DNA from: Candidatus Porifericomitales bacterium
GTDB taxonomy: Bacteria > Pseudomonadota > Gammaproteobacteria > CBDEFV01
NCBI GenBank assembly: GCA_965237735.1
Contig: CBDEFV010000003.1
Coordinates: 157,169-221,168, forward strand
Length of the DNA: 64,000 nt
Direction of reading: 5' to 3'
Translations under genes and position numbers: made by a program
Notes under the pieces: generated by a model
The model's database searches: none
Told to the model about the DNA's origin: nothing
What the model saw: only the letters and a program-made list of their open reading frames with translations
Shown here: positions 1-12,200 of the stretch, piece by piece
How the letters are laid out: each line of letters begins with the position of its first letter
Position numbering within the stretch: position 1 is the stretch's first letter

Positions 1-297
1 GGCCCACTGGTAGTAGAGCAGGGCCGGGGCCACGCCGAAGCACAGCAGGTCGGACAGGGAGTCGTAGTGGGCGCCGAAGTCGCTGCTCGTCTTGGTCATG
101 CGGGCGACGCGGCCGTCGATGTTGTCGAAGAAAGCCGCCAGGAAGATGGCGATGACGGCCGCCGCGAAATCGCCGCGGATCGAGGAGATGATCGAGAAGA
201 AGCCGCAGAGGAAGCCGAGGGCCGTCAGCAGGTTCGGTACCAGGTAGATGATGCGCCGCCGTCGCGGCGGGGCGGCGCTGGAGTGGAAGCCGCTCAT
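1..297 (-). CDS. pssA: CDP-alcohol phosphatidyltransferase family protein (phosphatidylserine synthase-like), N-terminal part. The gene continues beyond the window start.
   Basis: Reverse-complement translation from ATG at 297: MSGFHSSAAPPRRRRIIYLVPNLLTALGFLCGFFSIISSIRGDFAAAVIAIFLAAFFDNIDGRVARMTKTSSDFGAHYDSLSDLL. It carries the D-G-x-x-A-R...G...D...D signature of CDP-alcohol phosphatidyltransferases. The plus-strand ORF 67..588 is its antisense shadow. Confidence 0.55.
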   Translation of the reverse strand, partial: MSGFHSSAAPPRRRRIIYLVPNLLTALGFLCGFFSIISSIRGDFAAAVIAIFLAAFFDNIDGRVARMTKTSSDFGAHYDSLSDLLCFGVAPALLYYQWA

Positions 298-472
298 GCC
301 GGCGACCCGCTCTTAAGGCCTGTCGCCGGCCGCCGGTGTCCCGGTTGCGGATTCGGGCCCGGATCTCTGTCGGGCGGATTCTGCATCGGCTGGAGTCGGG
401 CGGCTACCCCCGGGGTCCCCTGCTTCCGCCGCCGGACTGACATCGGTCTCTTCGGTCGGAGCTGGGCCCGGT

Positions 473-1489
473 TCAGTTGCGGGCCTTGTCAACGAGGCGG
501 CCGGCGGACAGCCAGGGCATCATGTTGCGCAGCCTGGAGCCGACCTCTTCCAGCTGGTCGCCGCCGACCCGTCGCCGACTGGCCTTGAGCACGGGGGCTC
601 CGGTGCGGTGCTCGCCGATGAATTCGCGGGCGAAGACGCCGCTCTGAATCTCGGCCAGAATCTTTTTCATCTCGGCCCGCGCCCTCTTGTTGACGAGGCG
701 CGGCCCGCGGCTGACGCTGCCGTATTCGGCCGTGTTCGAAATCGAGTAGTAGAGGTTGGAGACGCCGCCTTCATAGAGCAGGTCGACGATCAGCTTGAGT
801 TCGTGGAGGCACTCGAAATAGGCCATCTCCGGGGCATAGCCGCCCTCGACCAAGGTGTCGAAACCGGCCTCGACCAGAGACACCAGGCCGCCGCAGAGCA
901 CGCACTGCTCGCCGAAGAGATCGGTCTCGGTCTCCTCGCGGAAGCTCGTGGCGATGATGCCGGCGCGGCCGCCGCCGATGGCGGAGGCGTAGGCCAGGGC
1001 GAGATCGCGAGCCTGACCGCTCTCATCCTGGTGGGTGGCGATCAGGCAGGGCACGCCGCCGCCCTCGACATAGGTCGAGCGCACCAGATGTCCCGGGCCC
1101 TTGGGGGCGACCATGAAGACGTCGAGGTCCGGCCTCGGTTCGAGCACGCCGAAATGGATGTTGAAGCCGTGGGCAAACACCAGGGCGCCGCCCTTCTTCA
1201 GCTTGCCGGCGATGCTCTCGCTGTAGATGTCGGCCTGGAGCTCGTCGGGCGCCAGCATCATGACGAGGTCGCAGGACGAGCTGGCCTCATCGACGGAGGC
1301 GACCTTGAGGCCGGCGGTCTCGACCTTGGCGCGGGTGCGCGAGCCCGGCGCCAGGCCGACGGTGACGTCAACTCCGGATTCCTTGAGGTTGTTGGCGTGG
1401 GCGTGGCCCTGAGAGCCGTAGCCGATGACGGCGACTTTTTTTGCCTGAATCAGAGCCAGATCGGCATCCTTGTCGTAGAAGACCTGCAT
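473..1489 (-). CDS. ilvC: ketol-acid reductoisomerase (class I, 338 aa)
   Basis: The tracker ORF 473..2026(-) contains a full KARI sequence starting at internal ATG 1489 ([39 protein letters not shown]...). The 5' extension of that ORF overlaps ilvH and is spurious. Confidence 0.92.
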   Translation of the reverse strand: MQVFYDKDADLALIQAKKVAVIGYGSQGHAHANNLKESGVDVTVGLAPGSRTRAKVETAGLKVASVDEASSSCDLVMMLAPDELQADIYSESIAGKLKKGGALVFAHGFNIHFGVLEPRPDLDVFMVAPKGPGHLVRSTYVEGGGVPCLIATHQDESGQARDLALAYASAIGGGRAGIIATSFREETETDLFGEQCVLCGGLVSLVEAGFDTLVEGGYAPEMAYFECLHELKLIVDLLYEGGVSNLYYSISNTAEYGSVSRGPRLVNKRARAEMKKILAEIQSGVFAREFIGEHRTGAPVLKASRRRVGGDQLEEVGSRLRNMMPWLSAGRLVDKARN

Positions 1490-1551
1490 GAATTTGCTCC
1501 CTGGTGGAATGAAGGGGTGAATTGAATGGAAACTTTGGCCGGGCCGGAGAA

Positions 1552-2049
1552 TCAACGGCCGCCGAGGGCGCGGTCGCCGCGGGAGATGCCGACGACGCCG
1601 GAGCGCACCACCTCGAGCACCGGCAGGTCGGTCAGGGCGCCCAGAAGGGCGTCGAGCTTGCCGCTGGTGCCGGTGGCTTCGATGACATAGGTCGAGGGCG
1701 TCATGTCGATGATGCGGGCGCGGAAGATGTCGCTGATGCGCTTGATTTCCTGGCGCCCCTCGCCGAGGGCGCGGATTTTGATGAAGGCCATTTCCCGCAG
1801 CACCGTGTTCTCCGAAGTCAGGTCCAGCACCTTGAGGATATCGATGAGCTTGTTCAGTTGCTTGATGATCTGCTCGACGATCTCGTCGTCGCCGTGGGTG
1901 ACGATGGTCATGCGCGACAGCGAGGGGTCGTGGGTCGGGGCGACCGTCAGCGAATCGACGTTGTAGCCGCGGGCGGAGAGCAGGCCGGCGACGCGGCTCA
2001 GGGCGCCGGGCTGGTTTTCCATCCACAGCGAGATGACGCGCCTGCTCAT
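1552..2049 (-). CDS. ilvH: acetolactate synthase small (regulatory) subunit
   Basis: 165-aa ORF whose ACT-domain sequence ([39 protein letters not shown]...) is typical of IlvH/IlvN. Its start overlaps the ilvB stop by 4 nt (ATGA), indicating translational coupling. Confidence 0.9.
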   Translation of the reverse strand: MSRRVISLWMENQPGALSRVAGLLSARGYNVDSLTVAPTHDPSLSRMTIVTHGDDEIVEQIIKQLNKLIDILKVLDLTSENTVLREMAFIKIRALGEGRQEIKRISDIFRARIIDMTPSTYVIEATGTSGKLDALLGALTDLPVLEVVRSGVVGISRGDRALGGR

Positions 2050-3794
2050 GCCAGTTCGCAGTCGAGCAGCGGGCTCATCTTCATCTCGTGGTGCCCCTTG
2101 CCGGACTGAATCATGGGGTAGACATTCTCGCCCGGGTCAATGATGCAGTCGAGGAAGACCGAGTGGTCGCGGATGCGGATCGACTCCTTGATGGCATCGT
2201 CAACTTCGCTCTGTTTCGTGATCTGCATGCCGACATGGCCAAAGCTCTCCATGAGCTTGACGAAGTCGGGGATGCAGTCGACATAGGACTGGGAGTAGCG
2301 GCTCTCGTAGTCAAACTCCTGCCACTGCCGCACCATGCCCATATAGCGGTTGTTGAGATTGATGATCTTGACCGGGCAGTTGTACTGCTTCAGGGTCGAC
2401 AACTCCTGGATGCACATGAGGATGCTGGCCTCGCCGGTGACGCAGAACACATCGGCCTCGGGGTGGGCCAGCTGTACGCCGAGGGCGGCCGGCAGGCCGA
2501 AGCCCATGGTGCCGAGGCCGCCGGAGTTGATCCAGCGCCGCGGCTCGTCGAACTTGTAGAACTGGGCCGCCCACATCTGGTGCTGGCCGACGTCCGAGGT
2601 GACAAAGGCCTTGCCGCCCGTCAGTTGCCACAGGCGCTCGAGCACGTACTGCGGCTTCAGCAGCTTGCCCCTGCGGTCGTAGCGCAGGCAGTCGGCGCGG
2701 CGCCACTCCTCGATCTGCGCCCACCACTTGCCGAGGTCGGGCCGGCCCTGCTCCTTCAGCTTCGGCCCCACATAGTCGAGCAACTGCTGCAGCACCTTGG
2801 CGGCGTCGCCGACGATGGGCACATGGACGCGCACATTCTTCGAGATCGAGGACGGGTCTATGTCGATGTGGATGATTTTGCTTTTGGGGCAGAAGTACTT
2901 GATTTCGCCGGTGACGCGGTCATCGAAGCGGGCGCCGACCGCCAGCAGCACATCGCAGTGGTGCATGGCCAGGTTGGCCTCGCTGGTGCCGTGCATGCCG
3001 AGCATGCCGAGAAACTGCCCGTCGGTGGCCGGGTAGCAGCCCAGGCCCATGAGGGTGTTGGTAATCGGCGCCCCGAGGGCCTGGGTCAACTCCGTCAGCT
3101 CTTTGTGCGCCTGACTCCAGATGATGCCGCCGCCGCTGTAGATCATGGGTCTTTCGGCCCTGAGCAGCATGTCGCCGGCCTGCCTGATCTGCTTGTGGTG
3201 GCCGCTCAGGGTCGGCTTGTAGGAGCGCATCTCGATCTCCTTCGGGTAGTGATAGGCCGCTTTGGCGTCGGCGCCGGCCCCCCCCGTGATGTCCTTGGGA
3301 ATGTCGACGACCACGGGCCCGGGACGCCCCGTCGAGGCGATGTAGAAGGCCTTGCGCAGGGTCGGGGCGATGTCCTCGGCCGCCTGTACCAGGAAGCTGT
3401 GCTTGACGCAGGGGCGCGTGATGCCGAGGGTGTCGACCTCCTGAAAGGCGTCGCTGCCGACGAAACGCCGCGGCACCTGACCGGTCAGCACCACCAGAGG
3501 CGCCGAATCCATGTGGGCCGTGGCAATGCCGGTGACGACATTGGTCGCCCCCGGCCCCGAGGTGACCAGCACCACCCCGACCTTGCCGGTCGAGCGGGCG
3601 TAGCCGTCGGCCGCGTGAATCGCTCCCTGCTCGTGCCGCGCCAGCACGTGCTTGAGCTTCTTTTCCTTGTAGAGGGCGTCGTAGATATGGAGCACCGCCC
3701 CCCCGGGATAGCCGAAGATATATTCAACGCCCTCTTCGACCAGGGCCTGCATGATGATTTCGCCTCCGGACAGGCGGGGGGCAGACACAGACAA
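2046..3794 (-). CDS. ilvB: acetolactate synthase large (catalytic) subunit, ThDP-dependent
   Basis: 582-aa ORF containing [34 protein letters not shown] and ThDP/FAD-binding motifs. The codon at 3794 is TTG; a GTG at 3788 with GGAG eight nt upstream, or ATG 3752, are alternative starts. Confidence 0.88.
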   Translation of the reverse strand: MSVSAPRLSGGEIIMQALVEEGVEYIFGYPGGAVLHIYDALYKEKKLKHVLARHEQGAIHAADGYARSTGKVGVVLVTSGPGATNVVTGIATAHMDSAPLVVLTGQVPRRFVGSDAFQEVDTLGITRPCVKHSFLVQAAEDIAPTLRKAFYIASTGRPGPVVVDIPKDITGGAGADAKAAYHYPKEIEMRSYKPTLSGHHKQIRQAGDMLLRAERPMIYSGGGIIWSQAHKELTELTQALGAPITNTLMGLGCYPATDGQFLGMLGMHGTSEANLAMHHCDVLLAVGARFDDRVTGEIKYFCPKSKIIHIDIDPSSISKNVRVHVPIVGDAAKVLQQLLDYVGPKLKEQGRPDLGKWWAQIEEWRRADCLRYDRRGKLLKPQYVLERLWQLTGGKAFVTSDVGQHQMWAAQFYKFDEPRRWINSGGLGTMGFGLPAALGVQLAHPEADVFCVTGEASILMCIQELSTLKQYNCPVKIINLNNRYMGMVRQWQEFDYESRYSQSYVDCIPDFVKLMESFGHVGMQITKQSEVDDAIKESIRIRDHSVFLDCIIDPGENVYPMIQSGKGHHEMKMSPLLDCELA

Positions 3795-3893
3795 AACTCC
3801 AGTTTAATAGATGGGTGAACGCAATAAGAAGACGACAGGGAAAGGCGCGGCTGCAGCTGACCGCTCTGGCCCCATTCCTCTGCTGAATATTCA

Positions 3894-3899
3894 ATTATA
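3894..3899 (-). promoter_or_regulatory. candidate -10 hexamer (TATAAT on minus strand) for the ilvBHC operon
   Basis: Perfect TATAAT ~100 nt upstream of the ilvB start in an AT-richer patch. No convincing -35 was seen. Confidence 0.2.
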
Positions 3900-4012
3900 A
3901 CCGCGGGAGCGGCTGGAGGCCAGAGGGACGGCGAGTCTCGCCGTTCGCATCGCCCGGGAGGGGCGCTGCGCTCTCGGCCAGCGACTCCTCGGCGCGCTAT
4001 GCCCTGCAGCGG

Positions 4013-4045
4013 CGGCAGATATATTCAACGCCCTCTTCGACCAGG
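4013..4045 (+). repeat. 33-bp duplicate of the ilvB 5' coding segment (identical to 3715..3747), at the left edge of the large repeat unit
   Basis: agatatattcaacgccctcttcgaccagggcct occurs at both 3715 and 4013. The sequence continues differently after agggcct at each site. Confidence 0.5.
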
Positions 4046-4711
4046 GCCTCAGCATTCGTCAGCCGCCGCCGGGCCTGAATCGGCGGCAGAAGGAGCCTCG
4101 AAAAAAGCCCCCCGCTAAACCCTGGGTCCGGCCGGCGGATTCCGCAGCTGCGCCTCCTCCAGTTTGCTGGCTTCTTCTACAGCCAAGGGCGCCCCCGGAC
4201 CCCGCCGGCCAGAGGGGAGGGCACGCCGCCCCTGACAATCTTCTCCCGCCCCGTCCGCTGAGCTCAGGTTGCGCCCTTCATTTTCGCTCAACTGCGCCCC
4301 TTCGCCCCGGCTTTCAGGGGTCGGCAGCTGTTGTTGCAGGATTGCTCCGGCGGCCGGGGACTTCGACATCGAAGCCGTAACCGGGGGGGTGCCGGCGACG
4401 GCTTCAGTCCTGGCTCTGCTGACCCAGCTGCTGCAGGATTTCGCCGGCGGCGTCGAGGGCGACGGCGCCCGGGGCGAAGAAGCCGCTGCAACTTCCGCAA
4501 TTGTTCGGCGCGCACAGCCTGATTGTCGACCTTCAGTGTCCGCGACTCGTCGTCGCCGCCCTGGACACAACAAGTTGACGCCGCCCATTGCCTGCCCGCC
4601 GCTGTCGGTGCGGGCCGCGGCCTTCTCGATGGGCATCAAAGAGATCTGAGCCCCCCGCTGCATCGAAGAAGGACGCGATGAAAGTAGCGGCGATGCCAGC
4701 GCCGGCTCCCT

Positions 4712-4983
4712 GGACCCATGGGCGCCGATTCTCCTTCTGCCTCCCCTGTTCGGCGGGCGGCGGCAGGCGCTCGTCCGTTCGGCCCGCTGCACTGCTGGCG
4801 CCGCTGGAAATGGCGTCCTGGTCCCGGGGTTGCCGGCAGGTTTAAAACCTCAGGTTTTTTGTTTTTTCATGCAAAAGATCCACCCAAACAGCAAAACATG
4901 TGATACACTTTTATCCTCTATAGTTTTATTAAATTTCTTGGATATTAATTCAGTTACCGTTTTTTAAATGGAGGTGTTCCATT
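4712..4983 (+). promoter_or_regulatory. conserved giant-gene leader element, copy 1 (upstream of pseudogene fragment)
   Basis: Shared sequence ggacccatgggcgccgattctccttctgcctcccctgttcggcgggcggcgg...ggaaatggcgtcctggtcccc-ggttgccggcaggtttaaaacctcaggttttttgtttttt..agatccacccaaacagcaaaac, then an A/T-rich ~100 nt, an RBS and the start codon. Confidence 0.5.
4838..4867 (+). terminator. terminator/attenuator-like hairpin (AAAACC-tca-GGTTTT) followed by TTGTTTTTT inside the leader element
   Basis: Read directly from sequence. An overlapping alternative stem GGTT-taaa-AACC shares the AAAACC arm. The same structure occurs at 6157..6186, 40359..40389, 61706..61735 and 63025..63054. Confidence 0.3.
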
Positions 4984-5978
4984 GTGATTAAGGAGAGTTA
5001 TGGGTTTGGCGAGCCCACAGGTGGCGAATCGACGGGGGGTTCTGAAGGCACTCCCAAGCCCCCTGGGGTGTCCGGCGCGGCTGATCTGACCGCAGCCAAT
5101 GCCGGAACCTCCTGGAATGCGGCCGCCAGCCACACCCCCGGCACTTGGGACTTCGGCTCCGATGCCCAGACTCCGGCACTGAACAATGCCGATTACGACG
5201 GCTCTGGCGACGCCTTCAATTGTGACCGGTTGCCAACCGATAGCGGCGACCCGCTGTTGTCGGGTCAAAGGAGCGGTGAAAGTGGCGGCGATGGCGGCGG
5301 CTCCTTGGGCGCTGGCTCTCCTTCTGCCTCCCCTGTTCGGCGGGCGGCGGCGCTTGTCTGTTCGGTCCGCTGCGCTGCTGGGAAGGGCATCTTGCCCCCC
5401 CCCCCCCCCCGAAGGGCAGGCTTGCCCCCGAGGGCTGGAGGCCGGTCGGCCGGCCGGGCGCTCGCTGCCGCTTCCTTGGAGGGAGCTCCGTTCAACGCTC
5501 AGGTCTGCTTTGGGCAAGACCCTTGTGATGACATGCAAGATCGTTTCCGCGACCTCGAGAACAGCGGGCTGCCGGCGCCATTTTGCCGGCGGAGTCGCCT
5601 CCGCCCTGCTCTGCGCCCTGGTCGGGGTCTCCTGGCGCAAACGACAACGGCCGACAGCAATGGCAATGGCCTGATCGAGAGCACCAGCCTCGGGCAACTG
5701 AACGCCCTGCGCCATGAACGGCGAGCTATGCCACGGGCCATACCGAGGTGGCGCCTGGAAGTTCTGACTGTGCCGGCGGCCTGGTGGGCAGGCAGGAAGG
5801 CGGTTCAATCACGGCGAGCTACGCCACGGGTGCGGCCAATGGTGGGGATGGATATTATGACTCTGTCGGCGGGCTGGTGGGCTGGCAGGTTGACGCCGCC
5901 CATTGCCTGCTCACCGCTGTCGATACGCGCCTGGGTGCGGGCCGCGCGGCCTTCTCGATGGGCCTCAAAGAGATCTGA
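4984..5978 (+). pseudogene. degenerate mosaic fragment of the giant repeat-protein family
   Basis: GTG 4984 with GGAGG nine nt upstream. It encodes, in order: the SYGFG..NADYDG..NC inter-unit segment, a Gly/Ser linker, a C16 homopolymer (5395..5410), a compressed dockerin-like motif (DSNGNGLIE) and one or two GLUG repeats ending GLKEI* at 5978. It has no full unit and shows internal frame changes. The tracker ORF 4984..6240 reads through the downstream leader only because stop codons are absent there. Confidence 0.55.
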
Positions 5979-6040
5979 GCCCCCCGCTGCAACGAAGAAG
6001 GACGCGATGAAAGTAGCGGCGATGCCAGCACCGGCTCCCT

Positions 6041-6278
6041 GGACCCATGAGCGCCGATTCTCCTTCTGCCTCCCCTGTTCGGCGGGCGGCGGCGGCGCTC
6101 GTCTGTTCGGCCCGCTGCGCCGCTGGAAATGGCGTCCTGGTCCCCGGATTGCCGGCAGGTTTAAAACCTCAGGTTTTTTGTTTTTTATGCAAATGTGCAA
6201 AAAAGATCCACAACAGCAAAACCATGTGGTCCCATCTTAGTGTCTGGGAATTTTTTAAAAATCTGAAGGTGTTCTATT
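6041..6278 (+). promoter_or_regulatory. conserved giant-gene leader element, copy 2 (upstream of gene 1)
   Basis: Same conserved boxes. RBS gaagg lies before ATG 6279. Confidence 0.5.
6157..6186 (+). terminator. leader hairpin plus U-tract, copy upstream of gene 1
   Basis: Same motif as at 4838..4867. Confidence 0.3.
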
Positions 6279-9200
6279 ATGATTGTATGGCATGAATATC
6301 TTGCATTCTGGCGAGTATCATTAAAAGGCAGTGCCTTCGCCCTGCTCTGCGCCCTGCCATGGGTCGGGCAGGCGGAGGATGCTGACCGCGATGGAGACGG
6401 GCTGATCGAAATCGACAATCTGACCATGCTGCACAACATGCGCCACGACCGGAGGGGCTGGAGCTACAAGACCAGTTGGGAGGATGGGGGAAACAGAGAC
6501 GGCTGTCCTCTTCATTCTTGGCTAGTCAACGATGACCACGAGCAGGGCTCGAAAGACACTGTACGGACCCAGCACAACAGATGCCACGGCTATGAGTTGA
6601 CCCGGGACCTGGACTTTGATGCCGATGGTGATGGAAGTACCTGGTCGCGCGACAGCAGCGGGAACTACAGTTTGGATGAGGATGACAGCGTGAGTCCTTA
6701 CTTTGTGGTGAGCAACGGTGCCGGCGGCTGGATTCCGATCGGTGGAAGTGAGGGCTTTCGGGCTGACTTTGAAGGCAACGGCTACACCATCAGCAACCTC
6801 GCCATTCGCAGAGGTGGTGGTAACCTTGTGGGGTTCTTCACCGTGACTGATAGAACAAACTACGATGCCGTCGTAGAATCCTCTAATAACAATATAACGA
6901 ACAGGCCTATCTACAGGGATGGGATCATCCGCAATATCGGTTTGATCAACAACCTGGCGGATTATACCGGCACCGACAATTATGTCGCTGTCGGCGGGCT
7001 GGTGGGGCGGCAGAACCGTAGTAGAATCATCGCCAGCTACGCCACGGGCCATGTCAATGGCGGGGGTTCCCGGGGCAACATTGTCGGCGGGCTGGTGGGA
7101 GGGCTGTGGAGCGGCGAAATCCACGCGAGCCACGCCAGGGGCGCTGTCACTGGCGGGAATGGAATCTCTAGCCGTGTCGGCGGGCTGGTGGGAGAGGTGA
7201 AAAGAGAGGGTGGAAGATCATCGCATATCCTGGCGAGCTACGCCAAAGGCAATGTCGATAGCGGGGGCCACTATAGTTGGGTCGGCGGGCTGGTGGGCTG
7301 GAATGAGGCCGGCTGGATCCGGTCGAGCTATGCCACCGGCCGTGTCACTAGCGGGGACGGAGTTTATAGCCATAACCAGGCCGGCGGGCTGGTGGGCCAC
7401 CAGGCTGGTGGCAAAATCTTTGCGAGCTATGCCACGGGCGATGTCGATGGCGGTGCCGGCGACGGTGATCATGCCGGTAGGCTGGTGGGCCGGAAGGCAG
7501 GCGGCTTGATCGAGCAGAGCTATGGCTTTGGCGGGCTCATGGGCGGGGAGTCCGCGGGGGTGGACGGCGATCCCCCCGTGTTCCATGCCGCCGACTTGAC
7601 CAGAGGCAATGTCGGATCCTCCTGGGATTCAGCCGACAGAGTAACCTTGGGCGCCTGGGATTTCGGCACCAATGAGCAGGTCCCGCTGCTGAACTATGCC
7701 GACTATGACGGCGGGAGTGGCTCCAACTACTGCAGCCAGTTCCCTTCCGGCAGCTGCGGCACCCTGTTGCCGGGCCAGGCGGGCGTGAGCGCCGGCGACT
7801 CTTTTTCAGTGCAGTTCGGCACCGTCGCTACCCTGAACGGTTCGCTTGCATCCGACCGCGGCGTCGAATTCCTCTCCTGGCATTGGCGGCAATTGCAGGG
7901 TCCCCCCGTCGACCTGAGGGGCGCCGACAGCCACGAACCAGTCTTCGTGGTGCCGGGTATCCCGGCCCCCCTGTTGTTCATGCTGACCGCCATCGATAGC
8001 GAAGGCTGGGTATACAGCGACCACGTCACCGTCCTCACTGTGCCTGAGGCCGTCGATGAGGATGGAGATGGCCTGATCGAGATTCACGACCTGACCATGC
8101 TGCACAACATGCGCTACGACCTGGCGGGCCTGAGCTACAGAACCAGTCCCGCCTCGGCCGGGGACAGCTCGGGCTGTCCCTTCTCGCGCTGCATCGGCTA
8201 TGAGTTGGTGCAGCCCCTTAACTTTGATACCGATGGTGACGGAACCTGGTCGGGCGACAGCAGTCAGGGGTACAGTTTGGATGAGGATGACAGCAGGGCG
8301 CCGTATTTTGTGGTGGATTCCGCTGCCGGCGGCTGGCAGCCGATCGGCGACGGAGCCCATCCTTTTATCGCCGTCTTTGAAGGCAACGGCCACAGTGTCG
8401 GCGACCTCGCCATCCGCCGCGATCAAGCCTCCGTCGGGCTCTTTGGCGTGATCGGAGAGGGTGCGGCCATCCGCAACTTCGGCCTGGTCGGCAACCTGGC
8501 GGATTATACCGGCTCCAGCAGTGGTAGGATTTACATTGGCGGCTTGGTGGGGCGGCAGAAGGGTGGTGCAATCAGCGCGGGCTACGCTACCGGCGTCGCC
8601 GATGGTGGCTCCGGCAGCGCTGATCGGGTCGGCGGGCTGGTGGGCTGGCAGGAAGGCGGCTTGATCCTGGCGAGCTATGCCAGGGGAGATGTCGATGGCG
8701 GAGGCGGTTGGTATGATCATGTCGGCGGGCTGGTGGGCCAGCAGGAGAACGGTTCGATCACGGCGAGTTACGCTACGGCAGCTGTCGCTGGCGGAAGCGG
8801 CGCCTATGATCGGACTGGCGGGCTGGTGGGAGAGCAGGACGGCGGCTCGATCACGGCGAGCTATGCCACGGGCGCTGCCGATGGTGGCCCCGGCAAGGGT
8901 GATTTTGTCGGCGGGCTGGTGGGCTGGCAGGACGGCGGCTCGATCGCGGCGGGCTATGCCACCGGCGATGTCGATGGCGGGGATGGATCTGGTGACTGGG
9001 TCGGCGGGCTGGTGGGACGGCGGACATCCGGCTCGATTAGGCAGAGCTATGGCTTTGGCGGGCTCATGGGCGGGGAGTCCGTGGGGGTGGATGGCGATCC
9101 CCCCGTGTCCAGAGCCGTCGACTTGACCGCAACCCATGCCGCATCCTCCTGGAATGCAGCCGCCAACAACACCTTGGGCGCCTGGGATTTCGGCAGCGAT

Positions 9201-12200
9201 GAGCAGGTCCCGGCGCTGAAGTATGCCGACTATGACGGCGAGGGTGCGGCCTTCAACTGCAATCAGTTCCTTCCCGGCGCCTGCGGCACCCTCTTTCCGG
9301 GCCAGGATGAGGTGAGTGCAGGCGACTCTTCTGAAGTGCGGTTCGGCGCCGCCACTACCCTGATCGGCTCGCTTGCATTCGACCGCGTCGCCATCGGCTC
9401 CTGGCATTGGCGGCAACTGCAGGGTCCCCCCGTCCCCCTGAGGGACGCCGACAGCCGCGAAGCAACCTTCTGGGCGCCGAATATCGTGGCCACCCTGGTG
9501 TTCATGCTGACTGCTATCGATAGCGAAGGCTGGGTATACAGCGACCGCGTCACCCTTACTGTGGATGAGATCGTCGATGAGGATGGAGATGGCCTGATCG
9601 AGATTTACAACCTGACCATGCTGCACAACATGCGCTACGACCTGGCGGGCAGGAGCTACAAAACCAGTGTCGCCTCGGTCGGGGCCAGCTTGGGTTGTCC
9701 CGACCAGGGCTGCATCGGCTATGAGTTGGTGCAGCCCCTCGACTTTGATACGGATGCTGATGGAACCTGGTCAGGCGACAGCAGTGAGGGGTACAGTTTG
9801 GATGTGAATGACAGCAGGGCGCCGTACTTTGAGGTGAATGGAGACGGCGAAGGCGGCTGGCTGCCGATCGGCGATGGCGTCGCTCCCTTTGTCGCTGTCT
9901 TTGAGGGCAACGGTCACCGCATCGGCAACCTCGCCATCCGCCGCGATCAATCTCATCTCGGGCTCTTTGGCGCCCTGGGAGAGGGTGCGGCCATCCGCAA
10001 TCTCGGCCTGGTCGGCAACCTGGCGGATTACACCGGTGCCAGCGATGAGCAGACGTTCATTGGCGGCCTGGCGGGCCGGCAGCAGATGGGCACAATCAGC
10101 GCCAGCTACGCCACCGGCGCTGCCGATGGCGGGGATGGCGACGGCGATGTCACCGGCGGGCTGGTGGGCTTGCAGGAAGGCGGCTCGATCGTGGCGAGCT
10201 ACGCCAGAGGCAATGTCGATGGCGGGGGCGGCTATGATTGGGTCGGCGGGCTGGTGGGCCGGCAGCAGATGGGCACAATCAGCGCCAGCTACGCCACCGG
10301 CGATGCCGATGGCGGGGATGGCGACGGCGATGTCACCGGCGGGCTGGTGGGCTTGCAGGAAGGCGGCTCGATCGTGGCGAGCTACGCCAGAGGCAATGTC
10401 GATGGCGGGGGCGGCTATGATTGGGTCGGCGGGCTGGTGGGCCGGCAGGAAGGCGGCTTGATCATGGCGAGCCATGCTGCGGCAGCTGTCGATGGCGGAA
10501 TGGGCTGGTCTGATCGGGTTGGCGGGCTGGTGGGCTTGCAGAGAAGTGGTTTGATCATAGCGAGCTATGCTACGGGAGACGTCGATGGCGGAGCCGGCTG
10601 GTCTGATCAGGTTGGCGGGCTGGTGGGCCGGCAGGAAGGCGGCTCGATCGTGGCGAGCTATGCCACCGGCGAGGTCGCGGGCGGGGACGGAGATGAAGAC
10701 AAGGCCGGCGGGCTGGTAGGCTATCAGGAGAACGGCTCGATCACGGCGAGCTATGCCACGGGCGCTGCCGATGGCGGGAGCGGCAATGGAGACGAAGTTG
10801 GCAGGCTGATCGGCTTGCAGGGAGACGGCTCGATCTGGCAGAGTTATGGCTTTGGCGGGTTCATGGGCGGGGAGTCCGCGGGGGCGGATGGCGCTCCCCC
10901 CGTATCCGGTGCCGCCGACTTGACCGCAACCCATGCCGCATCCTCCTGGAATGCGGCCGGCAGCAACACCTTGGGCGCCTGGGATTTCGGCACCAATGAG
11001 CAGTTCCCGGTGCTGAACTATGCCGACTATGATGGCGAGGGTGCGGCCTTCAACTGCAACCAGTTCCTTCCCGGCGCCTGCGGCACCCTGTTGCCGGGCC
11101 AGGGGGACCTGAGCGCCGGCGACGCTTCGGAAGTGCTGTTCGGCGCCGCCGCCACCCTGACCGGTTCGCTCAGATTCGGTCGCGTCGCCATCAGTTCCTG
11201 GCATTGGCGGCAACTGCAGGGTCCCCCCGTCCCCCTGAGGGGCGCCGACAGCCGCGAAGCAACCTTCTGGGCGCCGGAGAATTCTGCCACTCTGGTATTC
11301 ATGCTGACTGCTATCGATGGCAAAGGCCAGGCGTACAGCGACCGCGTCACCCTCTTCGTCAGGCCTGAGTTCGCCGATGAGGATGGAGATGGCCTGATCG
11401 AGATTGACGACCTGACCATGCTGCACGACATGCGCTACGACTTGGCGGGCAGAAGCTACAAAAGCAGTGCCGCCTCGGTCGGGAACAGCACAGGCTGTCC
11501 CGTTTTGGGCTGCTTCGGCTATGAGTTGGTGCAGCCCCTCGACTTTGATACGGATGATGATGGAACCTGGTCGGGCGGCAGCGGTGAGGGGTACAGTTTG
11601 GATGGAGATGACAGCATGGCGCCGTACTTTGAGGTGAATGTAGACGGCGAAGGCGGCTGGCGGCCGATCGGCGACGAAGCCAACCCTTTTGCCGCCGTCT
11701 TTGACGGCAACGGCCACCGCATCGGCAACCTCGCCATCCGTCGCAATCAAGCCTCCATCGGGCTCTTTGGCGTGATCGGAGAGGGAGCGGCCATCCGCAA
11801 TCTCGGCCTGGTCGGCAACCTGGCGGATTACACCGGCTCCAGCGATGGTGAGATTTCCATTGGCGGCTTGGTGGGGCGGCAGAGCAGTGGTGCAATCAGC
11901 GCCAGCTCCGCCAGCGGCACCGCTGATGGCGGGAGCGGATCTCGTGATCGGGTCGGCGGGCTGGTGGGCTTGCAGGAAGGCGGCTCGATCACGGCGAGCT
12001 ATGCCAGGGGCAATGTCGATGGCGGGGTCGGCAACGGGGACAGTGCCGGCGGACTGGTGGGTTTGCAGGTTGATGGCTCGATCACGGCGAGCTATGCCAT
12101 GGGCGATGCCGCGGACGGGGACGGAAATGGAGACAATGCTGGCGGGCTGGTAGGCTATCAGAAGGGCGGCTCGATCACGGCGAGCTATGCCACCGGCGAT

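Larger units (their letters stand above)
4046..7132 (+). repeat. copy A of a large direct repeat (equivalent to 60192..64000)
   Basis: Identical six-frame ORFs at a constant offset: 4954..5808(-) versus 61822..62676(-), 4984..6240(+) versus 61852..63108(+), and gene start 6279 versus 63147. The offset is 56,146 bp before the 180-bp repeat array and 56,868 bp after it. Confidence 0.85.
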